Of a stretch of 64,000 bases of DNA, positions 1-11,697 are shown one piece after another. A program made the position numbers and the translations under genes. Below the pieces are notes generated by a model. That model was not told the DNA's origin and ran no database searches. It saw only the letters and a program-made list of their open reading frames with translations. Position 1 is the first letter of the stretch. Each line of letters begins with the position of its first letter. The stretch is from Gemmatimonadales bacterium (GTDB lineage Bacteria > Gemmatimonadota > Gemmatimonadetes > Gemmatimonadales > GWC2-71-9), in assembly GCA_037189525.1 (NCBI GenBank), contig JBBCJC010000003.1, positions 1-64,000 on the forward strand, written 5' to 3'.

Positions 1-1
1 G

Positions 2-142
2 GAGATGGTGATGCCGGGCGACAATGTGCAGATGAAGGTGGAGCTGATCACGCCGATCGCGATGGACGAGGGGTTGCGGTTCGCGATCCGCGAGGGTGGA
101 CGGACGGTCGGTGCCGGCGTCGTCACCAAGATCCTCAAGTAG
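2..142 (+). CDS. tuf: Elongation factor Tu, C-terminal fragment (truncated by window start)
   Basis: Manual translation [46 protein letters not shown] is the EF-Tu C-terminus; directly upstream of rpsJ. Confidence 0.97.
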   Translation, partial: EMVMPGDNVQMKVELITPIAMDEGLRFAIREGGRTVGAGVVTKILK

Positions 143-154
143 TCAGGAGAAGGT

Positions 155-463
155 ATGGCTAGCAAGATCCGCATCCGCCTCAAGGCGTTTGATCACGCGG
201 TGCTCGATCAGGCCGCGGCGGATATCGTGCGGTCCGTCGAAAAGACCGGTGCGCAGGTGTCGGGGCCGATTCCGTTGCCGAGCAAGATCGAGCGGTGGAC
301 GGTGCTGCGGAGCCCGCACGTGGACAAGAAGAGTCGGGAGCAGTTCGAGCTCCGGACCCACAAGCGGCTCTTGGACATCAACGACTCTCGTCCTCAGACG
401 ATGGATGCGTTGACGAAGCTCGACCTTCCGGCGGGCGTCGACGTTGAAATCAAGGTTGAGTAG
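155..463 (+). CDS. rpsJ: 30S ribosomal protein S10
   Basis: [11 protein letters not shown]...GPIPLP...[14 protein letters not shown]. Confidence 0.99.
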   Translation: MASKIRIRLKAFDHAVLDQAAADIVRSVEKTGAQVSGPIPLPSKIERWTVLRSPHVDKKSREQFELRTHKRLLDINDSRPQTMDALTKLDLPAGVDVEIKVE

Positions 464-465
464 CG

Positions 466-1089
466 ATGACGGCTGGATTGATTGGACGTAAAATTGGGAT
501 GACCCGCGTGTTCGTGGACGACGGCTCATCGGTACCGGTAACGGTCATCGAAGTCGGTCCCTGCCGGGTGCTCCAGGTGCGTGAAGGCGGCGTGCAGCTC
601 GGCTACGGCCAGAAGCGTGCGCAGCGAGCCAGCAAGGCCGAAGTCGGCCATGCCAAGGCCGCCGGCGTCGATGGCGCGCCGAGCGTGGTCCGGACCTTCG
701 CGGTCAACGGCGATGCGCCGAAGCCCGGCGACACGGTCACGGTCGACATCTTCGCGGCGGGTGAACTGGTGAAGATCACCGGCCGTTCGAAGGGCCGGGG
801 CTTCCAGGGTTTGGTGCATCGTTACGGCGCCGGCGGCGGTCCCGCCTCGCACGGTAACACGCGGCATCGGAAGCCGGGCTCGATCGGCGCCGGTACGGAC
901 CCGTCGCGGGTCATCAAGGGCAAGCGGATGCCTGGCCACATGGGCGATCGCCGGCACACCGAGCTCGGGCTCAAGGTGGTCCGGGTCGATGCGGAGCGGA
1001 ATCTGTTGTTCGTCCGCGGCGCGATCCCGGGTGCCAAGAACGGCATCGTGACGGTGGCGAAGCAGGGAGGCAAGAGTCGCCATGATTGA
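466..1089 (+). CDS. rplC: 50S ribosomal protein L3
   Basis: GRKIGMT, SKGRGFQG, GKRMPGHMG motifs; operon position. Confidence 0.98.
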   Translation: MTAGLIGRKIGMTRVFVDDGSSVPVTVIEVGPCRVLQVREGGVQLGYGQKRAQRASKAEVGHAKAAGVDGAPSVVRTFAVNGDAPKPGDTVTVDIFAAGELVKITGRSKGRGFQGLVHRYGAGGGPASHGNTRHRKPGSIGAGTDPSRVIKGKRMPGHMGDRRHTELGLKVVRVDAERNLLFVRGAIPGAKNGIVTVAKQGGKSRHD

Positions 1090-1912
1090 AGCTCCGCTGT
1101 TTGCGGCTAACGGCAAAAAGAGCGGCAACCACGCTCTGCCGGCCGATGTCTTCGATGGCACGGTGAACGAGCCGGTGCTCCACCAGGCGGTCAAGGTGTA
1201 CCTGGCCAATCAGCGCCAGGGGACCCATGCCACCAAGACCCGTCGTTGGGTCGTCGGTGGTAACCAGAAGCCGTGGAAGCAGAAGGGAACCGGTCGCGCG
1301 CGTCAGGGTACCACCCGTGCGCCGCATTGGCCGGGCGGTGGCGTGGCGCATGGTCCGCACCCCCGCGATTACACCCAGGGCATTCCGAAGAAGGTCAAGC
1401 AGCTGGCCCGTCGCTCGGCGCTCAATGCGCGGGCGCGTGAGGGTGCGCTGGCGGTGATCGAGGCGCTCGAGTTCAGCGGTCCCAAGACGGCGCAGCTGGC
1501 CGGTCTGGTCGAGGCGCTCGGGTTTGCCGGACAGAAGGTGCTCGTGCTCACCAACGGGGTGCGCCGGAGCGTCTACCTGAGTGGTCGGAACAACCCGTCG
1601 ATCGAAGTGCTGCCGTACGCGGATGCCTCGGCCTACCACATCCTGTGGTCGGGCGCCGTGGTCATCGAGCGCGGTGCGCTGACGGGTGACGCGCCGGTCG
1701 AAGACACCGTTGCGCCGTTGACGCCCAAGGCGCCGAAGGCTGCGGCGGAACCGGCCAAGGCCAAGAAGGCTCCGGCCAAGCGTGCCAAGGCTGCGCCCAA
1801 GAAGGCGGCGGCCGAGGCTGCTGAGGCAACCGAAGCCAAGGCTGCGAAGCCCAAGGCAACCAAAAAGGCGCCGGCCAAGAAGGCCGCGCCCAAGAAGAAG
1901 GGGAGTGAGTAA
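1082..1912 (+). CDS. rplD: 50S ribosomal protein L4 with Ala/Lys-rich C-terminal tail
   Basis: RQGTHATKTR, KPWKQKGTGRARQG motifs. Confidence 0.98.
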   Translation: MIEAPLFAANGKKSGNHALPADVFDGTVNEPVLHQAVKVYLANQRQGTHATKTRRWVVGGNQKPWKQKGTGRARQGTTRAPHWPGGGVAHGPHPRDYTQGIPKKVKQLARRSALNARAREGALAVIEALEFSGPKTAQLAGLVEALGFAGQKVLVLTNGVRRSVYLSGRNNPSIEVLPYADASAYHILWSGAVVIERGALTGDAPVEDTVAPLTPKAPKAAAEPAKAKKAPAKRAKAAPKKAAAEAAEATEAKAAKPKATKKAPAKKAAPKKKGSE

Positions 1913-2199
1913 TGCCCGCCCTTCATGATGTCGTGGTCAAGCCGCTGGTGACGGAAAAGAGTTCCGCGGCTTACCAGAACCGGAAGGAATATGCGTTCCA
2001 GGTGAACCCGGCTTCGAGCAAGCGGGACATCAAGAACGCATTGGAGAAGCTCTTCGGCGTGACCGTCACGAGCGTGCGCACCATGCAGGTGCGCCGGGCC
2101 GAGGTGGTGCGTGGTCGCACCCGCGGTAAGACGGGCGCGTGGAAGAAGGCGCTGGTCACCCTGAAAGACGGCGATTCGATTGCCGTGTTCGAGGGCTAA
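1912..2199 (+). CDS. rplW: 50S ribosomal protein L23
   Basis: PLVTEKS, WKKALVTL. Confidence 0.98.
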   Translation: MPALHDVVVKPLVTEKSSAAYQNRKEYAFQVNPASSKRDIKNALEKLFGVTVTSVRTMQVRRAEVVRGRTRGKTGAWKKALVTLKDGDSIAVFEG

Positions 2200-2202
2200 A
2201 CG

Positions 2203-3057
2203 ATGGCTATTCGGCAATATCGCCCGACGTCGGCGGGCACCCGGTTCCGCTCGGTCGCGAGTTTCGATGAGATTACGCGGTCGACCCCGGAAAAGTCGCT
2301 GCTCGAGCCGCTCCGGAAAAAGGGCGGTCGGAACAACAAGGGACACGTCACGATGCGGGCCATCGGCGGCGGTCACCGGCAGCACTATCGGATCATCGAC
2401 TTCAAGCGCGACAAGCACGGGATTCCGGGCACGGTGGCGCACATCGAGTACGATCCGAATCGGAGCGCGCGGATTGCGCTGATCGTCTATGCGGACGGTG
2501 AGAAGCGCTACATCCTGCATCCGGCCGGTCTCAAGCAGGGTGATCGGGTCCAGAGCGGCCCGGGCACCGATGCGCGGACGGGGAATACGCTGCCGCTCGG
2601 TGAGATCCCGCTCGGTACCAACGTGCACAACATCGAGCTCAAGGTCGGCAAGGGTGGCTCGATTGCCCGGAGCGCCGGTCAGTATGCACAGGTGATGGCG
2701 CGGGAAGGCAAGTACGTCACGCTCCGGCTCAAGTCGGGTGAAATGCGGATGGTGCTGTCCCGCTGCACCGCGACGATCGGCGAAGTCGGCAACTCCGAGC
2801 ACGAGCTGATCTCGCTCGGCAAGGCGGGCAAGACCCGCTGGCTCGGCCGTCGGGGCAAGGTTCGTGGTGTCGCGAAGAACCCGGTCGACCATCCGCTTGG
2901 CGGTGGTGAGGGTAAGAGCTCGGGCGGCCGTCCGCCGGTCTCGCCGTGGGGTAAGCGCGAAGGCGTCAAGACGCGGCGGCGGAAGAATGCCACGAATCGG
3001 TTGATCGTGCGCGGGCGGAAGCGCGGTAAGGCTACTGGTGGTGGAGGGGCCAAATGA
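2203..3057 (+). CDS. rplB: 50S ribosomal protein L2
   Basis: [25 protein letters not shown]. Confidence 0.99.
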   Translation: MAIRQYRPTSAGTRFRSVASFDEITRSTPEKSLLEPLRKKGGRNNKGHVTMRAIGGGHRQHYRIIDFKRDKHGIPGTVAHIEYDPNRSARIALIVYADGEKRYILHPAGLKQGDRVQSGPGTDARTGNTLPLGEIPLGTNVHNIELKVGKGGSIARSAGQYAQVMAREGKYVTLRLKSGEMRMVLSRCTATIGEVGNSEHELISLGKAGKTRWLGRRGKVRGVAKNPVDHPLGGGEGKSSGGRPPVSPWGKREGVKTRRRKNATNRLIVRGRKRGKATGGGGAK

Positions 3058-3344
3058 GTCGGAGCATCAAAAAAGGTCCGTATGTTCATGACTCCTTGCT
3101 GCGCAAGGTGCAGGTCTTGAACACCAAGAACAGCAAGCAGGTCATCAAGACCTGGAGCCGGGCGAGCACGGTGCTCCCGGAGTTCGTTGGCCACACGTTC
3201 GGAGTGCACAACGGCAACAAGCACGTGCCGGTGTACGTCACCGAGAACATGGTGGGTCACAAGCTCGGCGAGTTTGCGCCGACCCGTACCTTCAAGGGCC
3301 ACAGCGGCAAGCTGGTGGCTGACAAGAAGGCGAAGCCGGAGTGA
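3054..3344 (+). CDS. rpsS: 30S ribosomal protein S19
   Basis: [27 protein letters not shown]. Confidence 0.99.
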   Translation: MSRSIKKGPYVHDSLLRKVQVLNTKNSKQVIKTWSRASTVLPEFVGHTFGVHNGNKHVPVYVTENMVGHKLGEFAPTRTFKGHSGKLVADKKAKPE

Positions 3345-3346
3345 TT

Positions 3347-3700
3347 ATGTCGCAAGGACACGCAATCCAGCGGCACGTCCGCCAGAGCCCGCGCAAGATG
3401 CGGCTGGTGATCGACTTGATCCGCGGGAAGGACGTCAACGAGGCGTTGGCGATCCTCAAGTTCAATAAGCGGAACGCGGCCAAGCAGATCGCCAAGACGC
3501 TCAAGAGCGCGGTTTCGAACGCCGAGCAGAAGGCCCTGGCGGCCAACGAGCGGTTCGATGCCGATGAGCTGGTGGTCGCGCGCGCGCTGGTCAACGGCGG
3601 CAAGCCGCTCAAGCGGATTCACGCCGCGGCGCAGGGTCGGGCCACGCCGATCAAGAAGCGGACGAGCCACGTGGAGATCCACGTGCGGAGCAAGGAGTAG
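3347..3700 (+). CDS. rplV: 50S ribosomal protein L22
   Basis: RQSPRKMRLVIDLIRGK, KKRTSH; ATG 3347 chosen over GTG 3341. Confidence 0.97.
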   Translation: MSQGHAIQRHVRQSPRKMRLVIDLIRGKDVNEALAILKFNKRNAAKQIAKTLKSAVSNAEQKALAANERFDADELVVARALVNGGKPLKRIHAAAQGRATPIKKRTSHVEIHVRSKE

Positions 3701-3703
3701 TCG

Positions 3704-4363
3704 ATGGGTCAGAAAACCAATCCGGTCGGGTTTCGGCTCGGGGTCGTCAAGCCGTGGGTGTCCCGCTGGTACGCGGGGAAGGACATGCCCGCGCTGCTCA
3801 AGGAAGACGAGCTGATCCGGAAGTATTTGATGACCCGGCTCGGTCACGCGGCCATTGCCGAGATCCACATCGAGCGGCGGCCTGGTAAGGTCACCGTGAC
3901 GGTCCATACGGGCCGCCCGGGTGTGGTGATCGGGAAGAAGGGCGCCGAGGTCGACAAACTCCGGGACGAGTTGGCGCAGCTGACGAACAAGGAAGCGGCG
4001 ATCAACGTCGAGGAAATCAAGCGGCCCGAGACGTCGGCGCAGCTGGTGGGCGACAACATCGCGCACCAGATCATCCAGCGGATTTCCTTCCGCCGGGCGA
4101 TGAAGCGCGCGGTCCAGGCGGCGATGCGGATGGGTGCGCAGGGCATCCGCGTCCGGGTGTCCGGTCGACTCGGCGGGGCCGAGATCGCGCGGACGGAGAA
4201 ATATCACGAAGGCCGGGTGCCGCTGCATACCTTGCGGGCGGACATCGACTACGCCACGAGCACGGCGAAGACCACCTACGGTACCATCGGTATCAAGGTG
4301 TGGATCTTCCGCGGTGAGGTCGTGGAAGACGTCAGCGGCAAGACGTACAGCACGGGGGCATAA
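3704..4363 (+). CDS. rpsC: 30S ribosomal protein S3
   Basis: [35 protein letters not shown]. Confidence 0.99.
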   Translation: MGQKTNPVGFRLGVVKPWVSRWYAGKDMPALLKEDELIRKYLMTRLGHAAIAEIHIERRPGKVTVTVHTGRPGVVIGKKGAEVDKLRDELAQLTNKEAAINVEEIKRPETSAQLVGDNIAHQIIQRISFRRAMKRAVQAAMRMGAQGIRVRVSGRLGGAEIARTEKYHEGRVPLHTLRADIDYATSTAKTTYGTIGIKVWIFRGEVVEDVSGKTYSTGA

Positions 4364-4365
4364 CG

Positions 4366-4779
4366 ATGCTTGCGCCGAAGCGGATCAAGTTCCGCAAGCA
4401 GTTCAAAGGCCGGACGCGGGGCACGGCCCTGCGCGGCAGCACGGTCGCGTACGGCGAGTATGCCTTGGCGACGACCGAGCCGGGGTGGCTCACCAACCGG
4501 CAGATCGAGGCCTCCCGTATCGCGATTTCGCGTGCGATGAAGCGGGGCGGCAAGATGTGGATTCGGGTCTTCCCGGATAAACCCATCACCAAGAAGCCGG
4601 CGGAAACCCGCATGGGCTCGGGTAAGGGCAATCCGGAGGGCTGGGTGGCCGTGGTCAAGCCGGCGCGGATCCTCTTCGAGGTCGAAGGGGTGCCGGAGGC
4701 GGTGGCGCGGAAGGCGTTCGAACTCGCCTCGGCCAAGCTGCCGCTCAAGACCCGGTTCGTGAAGCGGGAGGAGCACTAG
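4366..4779 (+). CDS. rplP: 50S ribosomal protein L16
   Basis: [22 protein letters not shown]. Confidence 0.99.
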   Translation: MLAPKRIKFRKQFKGRTRGTALRGSTVAYGEYALATTEPGWLTNRQIEASRIAISRAMKRGGKMWIRVFPDKPITKKPAETRMGSGKGNPEGWVAVVKPARILFEVEGVPEAVARKAFELASAKLPLKTRFVKREEH

Positions 4780-4780
4780 C

Positions 4781-4984
4781 ATGAAGGCGCAACGAGCGTC
4801 GGACCTGGCGCAGCTTTCGGTGGAAGAGCTCGAAGCCAAGTTGTTGGAGCTCAAGGAAGAGCAGTTCCGGATTCGGTTTCGGACCGCCACCGAGGCGATC
4901 GAGAACCCGATTCAGTTCCGGACCCGGCGGCGGGATATCGCGCGGATCAAGACGGTGCTGCGGCAGAAGGGACGAGAGGCCTAG
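4781..4984 (+). CDS. rpmC: 50S ribosomal protein L29
   Basis: ELKEEQFRIRF...RRDIARIKTVL; operon position. Confidence 0.96.
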   Translation: MKAQRASDLAQLSVEELEAKLLELKEEQFRIRFRTATEAIENPIQFRTRRRDIARIKTVLRQKGREA

Positions 4985-4987
4985 ACC

Positions 4988-5257
4988 ATGACCGAGCAGA
5001 ACGAGTCGGCCCGGAATCGGCGCAAGGTGCGCACCGGTGTCGTCAAGAGCGACAAGATGACCAACACGGTCACGGTGGTGCTGGAGCGGCGGTTCTCGCA
5101 CCCGATGTACGGGAAGCAGATCACCCGGACCAAGACGATCAAGGCGCGCAACGAGAAGGATGCGAAGGCCGGTGACGTGGTGCGGGTGATGGAAACGCGG
5201 CCGCTGGCGAAGACCGTGCGGTGGCGCGTGACTGAGATCGTCGAGCGCGCAAAGTAG
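4988..5257 (+). CDS. rpsQ: 30S ribosomal protein S17
   Basis: GVVKSDKM, HPMYGK, ETRPLAKT. Confidence 0.98.
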   Translation: MTEQNESARNRRKVRTGVVKSDKMTNTVTVVLERRFSHPMYGKQITRTKTIKARNEKDAKAGDVVRVMETRPLAKTVRWRVTEIVERAK

Positions 5258-5308
5258 GATGGCGTCGGGTGCCGCTTTGCGGCGCTCAACCAGACAAGGG
5301 CACCGGAT

Positions 5309-5677
5309 ATGGTCCAACAGGAATCGATTTTACGAGTCGCGGACAACAGTGGGGCGCGCAAAGCCCTCGTGATCCGCGTATTGGGTGGCTCGAAGCGGCG
5401 GTATGCCGGTTTGGGCGACGTCGTGATCGTCGCGATCAAGGATGCGATCCCGACGGGGCAGGTCAAGAAGGGTGACGTGGCCCGTGCGGTGATCGTGCGG
5501 GTGGCGAAGGAGACCCGTCGGAAGGACGGCTCCTACATCCGCTTCGACGAAAATGCGGCGGTACTCATCAACGATCAGGGCGAGCCGCGCGCGACCCGTA
5601 TTTTCGGGCCGGTTGCCCGGGAGCTGCGTGAGAAGCGCTATATGAAGATCGTGTCGCTGGCGCCGGAGGTGATCTGA
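5309..5677 (+). CDS. rplN: 50S ribosomal protein L14
   Basis: [24 protein letters not shown]. Confidence 0.99.
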   Translation: MVQQESILRVADNSGARKALVIRVLGGSKRRYAGLGDVVIVAIKDAIPTGQVKKGDVARAVIVRVAKETRRKDGSYIRFDENAAVLINDQGEPRATRIFGPVARELREKRYMKIVSLAPEVI

Positions 5678-5678
5678 T

Positions 5679-6065
5679 ATGCGGATTCTCGTTCATCGTA
5701 AGGCGCGCCGCAAACTCGGCCCCAAGGCCGTGGTGCGCGTCAAGATGTCGATCACCAAGGGTGATACGGTCCAGGTCGTTTCGGGCGAACATGCGGGGCA
5801 GCGTGCCCGGGTGCTTCGGGTCCATCCCAAGACGGGACGGGTCACGCTCGAGGGGATCAACCTGGTCAAGCGGCATCTCAAGGCGAGCGGTCCCAATCAG
5901 CAGTCGGGTATCGTGGAGCGGCCGGCGCCGATCCACCACTCGAATGTGATGTTGCTCGACCCGAAGACGGGTGAGCCGACCAGGATTCGGCGGCAGAAGG
6001 ACAAGGACGGCACGGTCGAGCGGATCGCCGTCAAGTCCGGACAGTCGATCGCGAGGAATCGGTAA
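5679..6065 (+). CDS. rplX: 50S ribosomal protein L24 (N-terminally extended)
   Basis: [10 protein letters not shown] (KOW), [16 protein letters not shown]. Confidence 0.97.
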   Translation: MRILVHRKARRKLGPKAVVRVKMSITKGDTVQVVSGEHAGQRARVLRVHPKTGRVTLEGINLVKRHLKASGPNQQSGIVERPAPIHHSNVMLLDPKTGEPTRIRRQKDKDGTVERIAVKSGQSIARNR

Positions 6066-6067
6066 CG

Positions 6068-6769
6068 ATGGCTGAGGCAAAGGCGAAGAAGGCGGCGCCC
6101 AAGGGCGCTCCGGCCGGTGGCAAGCCGGGCAAGGGTGGCGGCAGCACCAAGGGGTCCGGGAAGTCGCAGATCGCGACCGATCCGACGCCGAAGGTGTCGG
6201 ACGGGACGCCGCGGCTGCTCGACTACTACACCAAGACGATTCGGGATCGGATCAAGCAGCAGTTCGGGCTCGAGAATCCGATGCAGATTCCTCGGATCAC
6301 CAAGATCGTGCTCAACGTCGGTCTGGGTGAGGCGAGCAAGAATCCGAAGGCGCTCGAGGCGCTGGTCGACGAGATGCTGGCGATCACCGGGCAGCGCCCC
6401 GTGATTACCCGGGCCAAGAAGGCCATCTCGAACTTCGGTCTCCGCGAAGGAGTGCCGGTCGGCGTGATGGTGACGCTGCGCGGTCCTCGGATGTACGAGT
6501 TCCTCGACCGCTTCATCTCGTTCTCGCTGCCCCGGACGCGCGACTTCCGCGGCATGCCGAGCCGGAGCTTCGATGGACGCGGGAACTACTCCTTCGGGAT
6601 CAAGGAGCAGTTGATTTTCCCCGAGATCGACTATGACAAGGTCGACAAGGTCCACGGGATGGATATCACGATCGTGACGACGGCGGGGCGGGATGATCTC
6701 GCGCTCGCGCTACTCAAGGAGTTCGGGTGGCCGTTCCGGGGCGAGACCCCGATCCGGCCGGCCCTGTAA
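6068..6769 (+). CDS. rplE: 50S ribosomal protein L5 (N-terminally extended)
   Basis: [23 protein letters not shown]. Confidence 0.98.
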   Translation: MAEAKAKKAAPKGAPAGGKPGKGGGSTKGSGKSQIATDPTPKVSDGTPRLLDYYTKTIRDRIKQQFGLENPMQIPRITKIVLNVGLGEASKNPKALEALVDEMLAITGQRPVITRAKKAISNFGLREGVPVGVMVTLRGPRMYEFLDRFISFSLPRTRDFRGMPSRSFDGRGNYSFGIKEQLIFPEIDYDKVDKVHGMDITIVTTAGRDDLALALLKEFGWPFRGETPIRPAL

Positions 6770-6784
6770 GGCGAGAGGCGAGAA

Positions 6785-6970
6785 ATGGCGAAGACCAGTT
6801 GGATTGAGCGTGCCAAGCGGGTGCCGAAGTTCAAGGTGCGGGCCGTCCGTCGTTGCCAGCGCTGTGGTCGGGCGCGGGCCGTACTGCGGAAGTTCGGGCT
6901 CTGCCGGTTGTGCTTCCGGGAACTCGCGCTTCGGGGACATCTCCCCGGCGTGCGCAAGGCGAGTTGGTAA
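6785..6970 (+). CDS. rpsN: 30S ribosomal protein S14, zinc-binding short type
   Basis: 61 aa, CQRC...[12 protein letters not shown]. Confidence 0.98.
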   Translation: MAKTSWIERAKRVPKFKVRAVRRCQRCGRARAVLRKFGLCRLCFRELALRGHLPGVRKASW

Positions 6971-6984
6971 GGGAAGGATCACGC

Positions 6985-7380
6985 ATGAGCATGACAGATC
7001 CTGTCGCGGATATGCTGGCCCGCATCCGCAACGCAGCATCGGCGGGCCAGCGTCGCGTGGATATTCCGGCGTCGCGACTCAAGGTTGAGTTGGCGCGGAT
7101 TCTTCACGACAATCATTACATCGCGGACTTCAAGGTCCTCGAGGACGGCCCCCGCGGGCTGCTCCGCATCACCTTGCGCTATCATAACGAGCGCCCGGTG
7201 ATTCGTGAGATGAAGCGGATGTCGTCGCCGGGCCTGCGCCGCTACGTCAAGAGCCGCGAGATTCCCCGCATCAAGAACGGCCTCGGCATGGCCATCGTCT
7301 CGACCCCGAAGGGGTTGATGAGCGATAGCCAGGCACGGGCGGCCAACTTGGGCGGCGAACTCCTCGCGGTGGTCTGGTAG
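6985..7380 (+). CDS. rpsH: 30S ribosomal protein S8
   Basis: MSMTDPVADMLARIRN, SSPGLRRY, STPKG; start moved to ATG 6985 after AAGGA. Confidence 0.98.
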   Translation: MSMTDPVADMLARIRNAASAGQRRVDIPASRLKVELARILHDNHYIADFKVLEDGPRGLLRITLRYHNERPVIREMKRMSSPGLRRYVKSREIPRIKNGLGMAIVSTPKGLMSDSQARAANLGGELLAVVW

Positions 7381-7388
7381 GAGGCGAC

Positions 7389-7928
7389 GTGTCACGAATT
7401 GGACGGAGACCCATCAGCGTTCCCAGCGACGTCACGGTGACGATCAAGGGCGGAACGGTGGCGGTCAAGGGCCCGAAGGGCGAACTGAGTCGCGCGCTGC
7501 CGCGTGATATCACGGCCTCGCTCGAGAACGGCGTGCTGACGGTGGCGCGGCCGAGCGACCAGGAGCATCACAAGGCGCTGCACGGCCTGTCGCGCACCCT
7601 GGTGGCCAACATGGTCGAGGGCGTCTCGAAGGGTTTCGAGAAGGTGCTCGAGATCCAGGGCGTCGGCTACAAGGCCGAGGTCATCGCGACCGGCCTCAAG
7701 TTGAGCCTGGGCTTCTCGCACCAGGTGACCTACGCCGCGCCGGCGTCGATCAAGATGGTCGTCGAAAACAATACCGTGGTTCGGATCACCGGCCCCAGCA
7801 AAGAGCTGGTCGGCCAGGTGGCTTCGGAGATCCGGGCGATTCGTCCGCCTGAGCCGTACAAGGGCAAGGGCGTGCGTTATCAGGGTGAGCGGGTCCGGCG
7901 TAAGGCCGGCAAGACAGGAGCGAAGTAA
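7389..7928 (+). CDS. rplF: 50S ribosomal protein L6
   Basis: SRIGRRPI, RPPEPYKGKG. Confidence 0.99.
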   Translation: MSRIGRRPISVPSDVTVTIKGGTVAVKGPKGELSRALPRDITASLENGVLTVARPSDQEHHKALHGLSRTLVANMVEGVSKGFEKVLEIQGVGYKAEVIATGLKLSLGFSHQVTYAAPASIKMVVENNTVVRITGPSKELVGQVASEIRAIRPPEPYKGKGVRYQGERVRRKAGKTGAK

Positions 7929-7931
7929 CCG

Positions 7932-8303
7932 ATGCGTCCGATTCACGCACCGAAGACCCGCGATGAGCGGCGGTACCGCCGGCATCTGCGGGTGCGCAAG
8001 AAGGTGGCCGGCGATGCGGAGCGTCCGCGTCTGGTCGTCTTCCGGTCGCTCAAGCACATCTATGCGCAGCTGGTGGACGATGCGCGCGGGGTGGTGTTGC
8101 TGGGCACGAGCGATGGCAGCGAAGGGATCGAACTCGACGGCACCGGCAAGGTGGCCAAGGCCAAGGCGACCGGCAAGCTGCTCGCCGCCAAGGCGAAGGC
8201 CGCCGGGATTGCCAAGGTGGTCTTCGACCGGGCGGGCTATCGGTATCACGGGCGGGTCAAGGCGGTCGCTGACGGCGCCCGCGAAGGTGGATTGGAGTTC
8301 TAA
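7932..8303 (+). CDS. rplR: 50S ribosomal protein L18
   Basis: [31 protein letters not shown]. Confidence 0.99.
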   Translation: MRPIHAPKTRDERRYRRHLRVRKKVAGDAERPRLVVFRSLKHIYAQLVDDARGVVLLGTSDGSEGIELDGTGKVAKAKATGKLLAAKAKAAGIAKVVFDRAGYRYHGRVKAVADGAREGGLEF

Positions 8304-8965
8304 TGACGGAACCTCACGTGCAGGGCACCGAGACGACGACGGACGCGCCGACCGGCGAACGGCCCCGCGGGCGTCGTGGCGGACAGGGTGGCGGCGGTCG
8401 CGGCGGTGAGCGCGGTGGCCGTGGCCGGGGCGATGGTCGCAACGATCGCCGCGGCGACCGGGACCAGGCGAACGAGTTCGTCGAGAAGGTGGTCGACATC
8501 AATCGCGTCGCGAAGGTCGTCAAAGGCGGCCGGCGCTTCTCGTTCAACGCCCTGGTGGCGGTGGGCGACGGCAAGGGCCGGGTCGGCTTTGCGACGGGCA
8601 AGGCCAACGAGGTGTCCGAAGCGGTGCGTAAAGCGGTCGATGCCGCCAAGCGCGCGATGACGGAGATCCCGCGGACCGGGACGACCATTCCGCACGATGT
8701 GATCGGGCGTCATGGCGCCGGTCGGGTGTTGCTCAAGCCGGCGGCGACCGGTACCGGCGTGATTGCCGGCGGTCCGGTGCGCGCGGTGCTCGAGTGCGCC
8801 GGGATCACCGACATCCTGACCAAGAGCTTGGGCTCGAATAATCCGCACAACATGGTGCGGGCGACGTTGAACGGGCTGCGGAGCCTGGTGTCGGTCCGGC
8901 AGGTGGCGCGCGAGCGCGGCATCGAAGTCGATCAGCTGGCCTACCGTCCGCGGCAGGAGGGTTAA
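8303..8965 (+). CDS. rpsE: 30S ribosomal protein S5 (RG-rich N-terminal extension)
   Basis: [24 protein letters not shown]. Confidence 0.99.
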   Translation: MTEPHVQGTETTTDAPTGERPRGRRGGQGGGGRGGERGGRGRGDGRNDRRGDRDQANEFVEKVVDINRVAKVVKGGRRFSFNALVAVGDGKGRVGFATGKANEVSEAVRKAVDAAKRAMTEIPRTGTTIPHDVIGRHGAGRVLLKPAATGTGVIAGGPVRAVLECAGITDILTKSLGSNNPHNMVRATLNGLRSLVSVRQVARERGIEVDQLAYRPRQEG

Positions 8966-8968
8966 GCA

Positions 8969-9220
8969 ATGGGACGGAATCCTGCGGTTGGTCGGCAAGG
9001 GCCGGCTTACTACGCGGCGACGATCCCGAGCGAAGCGGAGGCGGCCCGGCTTCGGGTCAAGCAGATCCGCTCGACGATCGGGCATGATGATACGATGCGC
9101 CGGACGCTTGCGGCGCTCGGTCTGCACAAGCACCAGGCCGAGGTCGAGATCGTCAACAATGCGTCGGTGCGAGGCATGTTGTTCAAGGTCCGCCATATGG
9201 TCCAGGTGGCCAAGGCGTAA
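8969..9220 (+). CDS. rpmD: 50S ribosomal protein L30 (N-terminally extended)
   Basis: LRVKQIRSTIG...TLAALGL...RGMLFKVRHMV. Confidence 0.95.
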   Translation: MGRNPAVGRQGPAYYAATIPSEAEAARLRVKQIRSTIGHDDTMRRTLAALGLHKHQAEVEIVNNASVRGMLFKVRHMVQVAKA

Positions 9221-9240
9221 GACGGGAAAGGATCAGGAGC

Positions 9241-9687
9241 ATGGCGGACAAGATCACGCTTTCCAACCTGCGGCCGGCCAAGGGCAGCAACACGCCCCGC
9301 AAGCGGCTCGGTCGCGGTATCGGCAGCGGGCTGGGCAAGACGTCCGGCAAAGGTCATAAAGGTCATAAGGCGCGCACGGGTGGTCAGACCAATCCGGGCT
9401 ACGAAGGCGGTCAGGTACCGCTCTATCGGCGCTTGCCGAAGCGCGGGTTCACCAACCCGTTCAAGGAAGTAGCGCAGGTCGTCAACCTCCGTCAGCTCGA
9501 CAAGGTCGAGGGGACGGAGCTGACGCCGGAGTCGCTGGCAGCGGCCGGACTCGTCAAGAAGTCCGACGACCCCATCAAGTTGCTCGCCGCGGGCGAGATC
9601 AATCGGGCGTTCACGGTCCGCGGCATTGCCGTCTCGGGCCAGGCCAAAGCCAAAATCGAGGCAGCAGGCGGAAAAGTCGAGGCGTAA
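9241..9687 (+). CDS. rplO: 50S ribosomal protein L15
   Basis: GRGIGSGLGKTSGKGHKG, EGGQVPLYRRLPKRGF. Confidence 0.99.
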   Translation: MADKITLSNLRPAKGSNTPRKRLGRGIGSGLGKTSGKGHKGHKARTGGQTNPGYEGGQVPLYRRLPKRGFTNPFKEVAQVVNLRQLDKVEGTELTPESLAAAGLVKKSDDPIKLLAAGEINRAFTVRGIAVSGQAKAKIEAAGGKVEA

Positions 9688-11010
<1,323 letters not shown>

Positions 11011-11030
11011 TTGTCCGGTCGGTGCGGTAC

Positions 11031-11080
11031 CAGGGGCCCGGCACTCCGGATCGGCGAAAGCGATCCGGGGCCGGGCTCTG
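11031..11080 (+). other. Long stem-loop between secY and adk
   Basis: CAGGGGCCCGGC..TCCGGATCG / CGATCCGGG..GCCGGGCTCTG around GC-GAAA-GC; no U-tract. Confidence 0.6.
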
Positions 11081-11120
11081 ACGCGTCGCCCGGCTCGAGA
11101 CGAATCCTTTACTCTGGTTC

Positions 11121-11690
11121 GTGATCATGGACATTCTACTTCTCGGCCCTCCCGGCGCCGGTAAAGGCACCCAGGGCGTTCTCATTGCCGAGCGACTCGG
11201 TATCCCCAAGGTTGCGACGGGCGATCTGCTCCGTGATGCCGTCAAAAACGGCACTCCGTTGGGCCTCGAAGCCAAGGCGGTGATGGAGTCGGGCGCGCTG
11301 GTCAGCGATGACCTGATCATGCGGATCGTAGGCGAAGAGCTCGACAAGCCCGCCGCCGCCAACGGTGTCGTCTTCGACGGCGTGGTCCGCACCATTCCCC
11401 AAGCGGAAGGCGTCGCTGCGCTGCTGGAAAAGCTCGGCCGGAAAATCGACCGGGTGCTGTTCTTCGATGTGACGGATGAAGAAATTCTCGCGCGGATCGA
11501 AAAGCGGCGGACGGTCGAAGGCCGCGCCGACGACGATCCGACGGCGGTGCAGCGCCGCCTGCGCGCCTACCGGGAACAGACCGCGCCGGTGCTCGACTGG
11601 TATGAGGCCCGCGGCGGGGTCACCCGGATCCACGCCATCGGGACGGTCGATGCCGTAGCCGACCGAGCGCGCCAAGCGCTCGGCCGGTAA
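11121..11690 (+). CDS. adk: Adenylate kinase (short LID type)
   Basis: GPPGAGKGTQ P-loop, TGDLLR, GRADD; start GTG 11121 or ATG 11127. Confidence 0.98.
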   Translation: MIMDILLLGPPGAGKGTQGVLIAERLGIPKVATGDLLRDAVKNGTPLGLEAKAVMESGALVSDDLIMRIVGEELDKPAAANGVVFDGVVRTIPQAEGVAALLEKLGRKIDRVLFFDVTDEEILARIEKRRTVEGRADDDPTAVQRRLRAYREQTAPVLDWYEARGGVTRIHAIGTVDAVADRARQALGR

Positions 11691-11697
11691 GCAGGCT

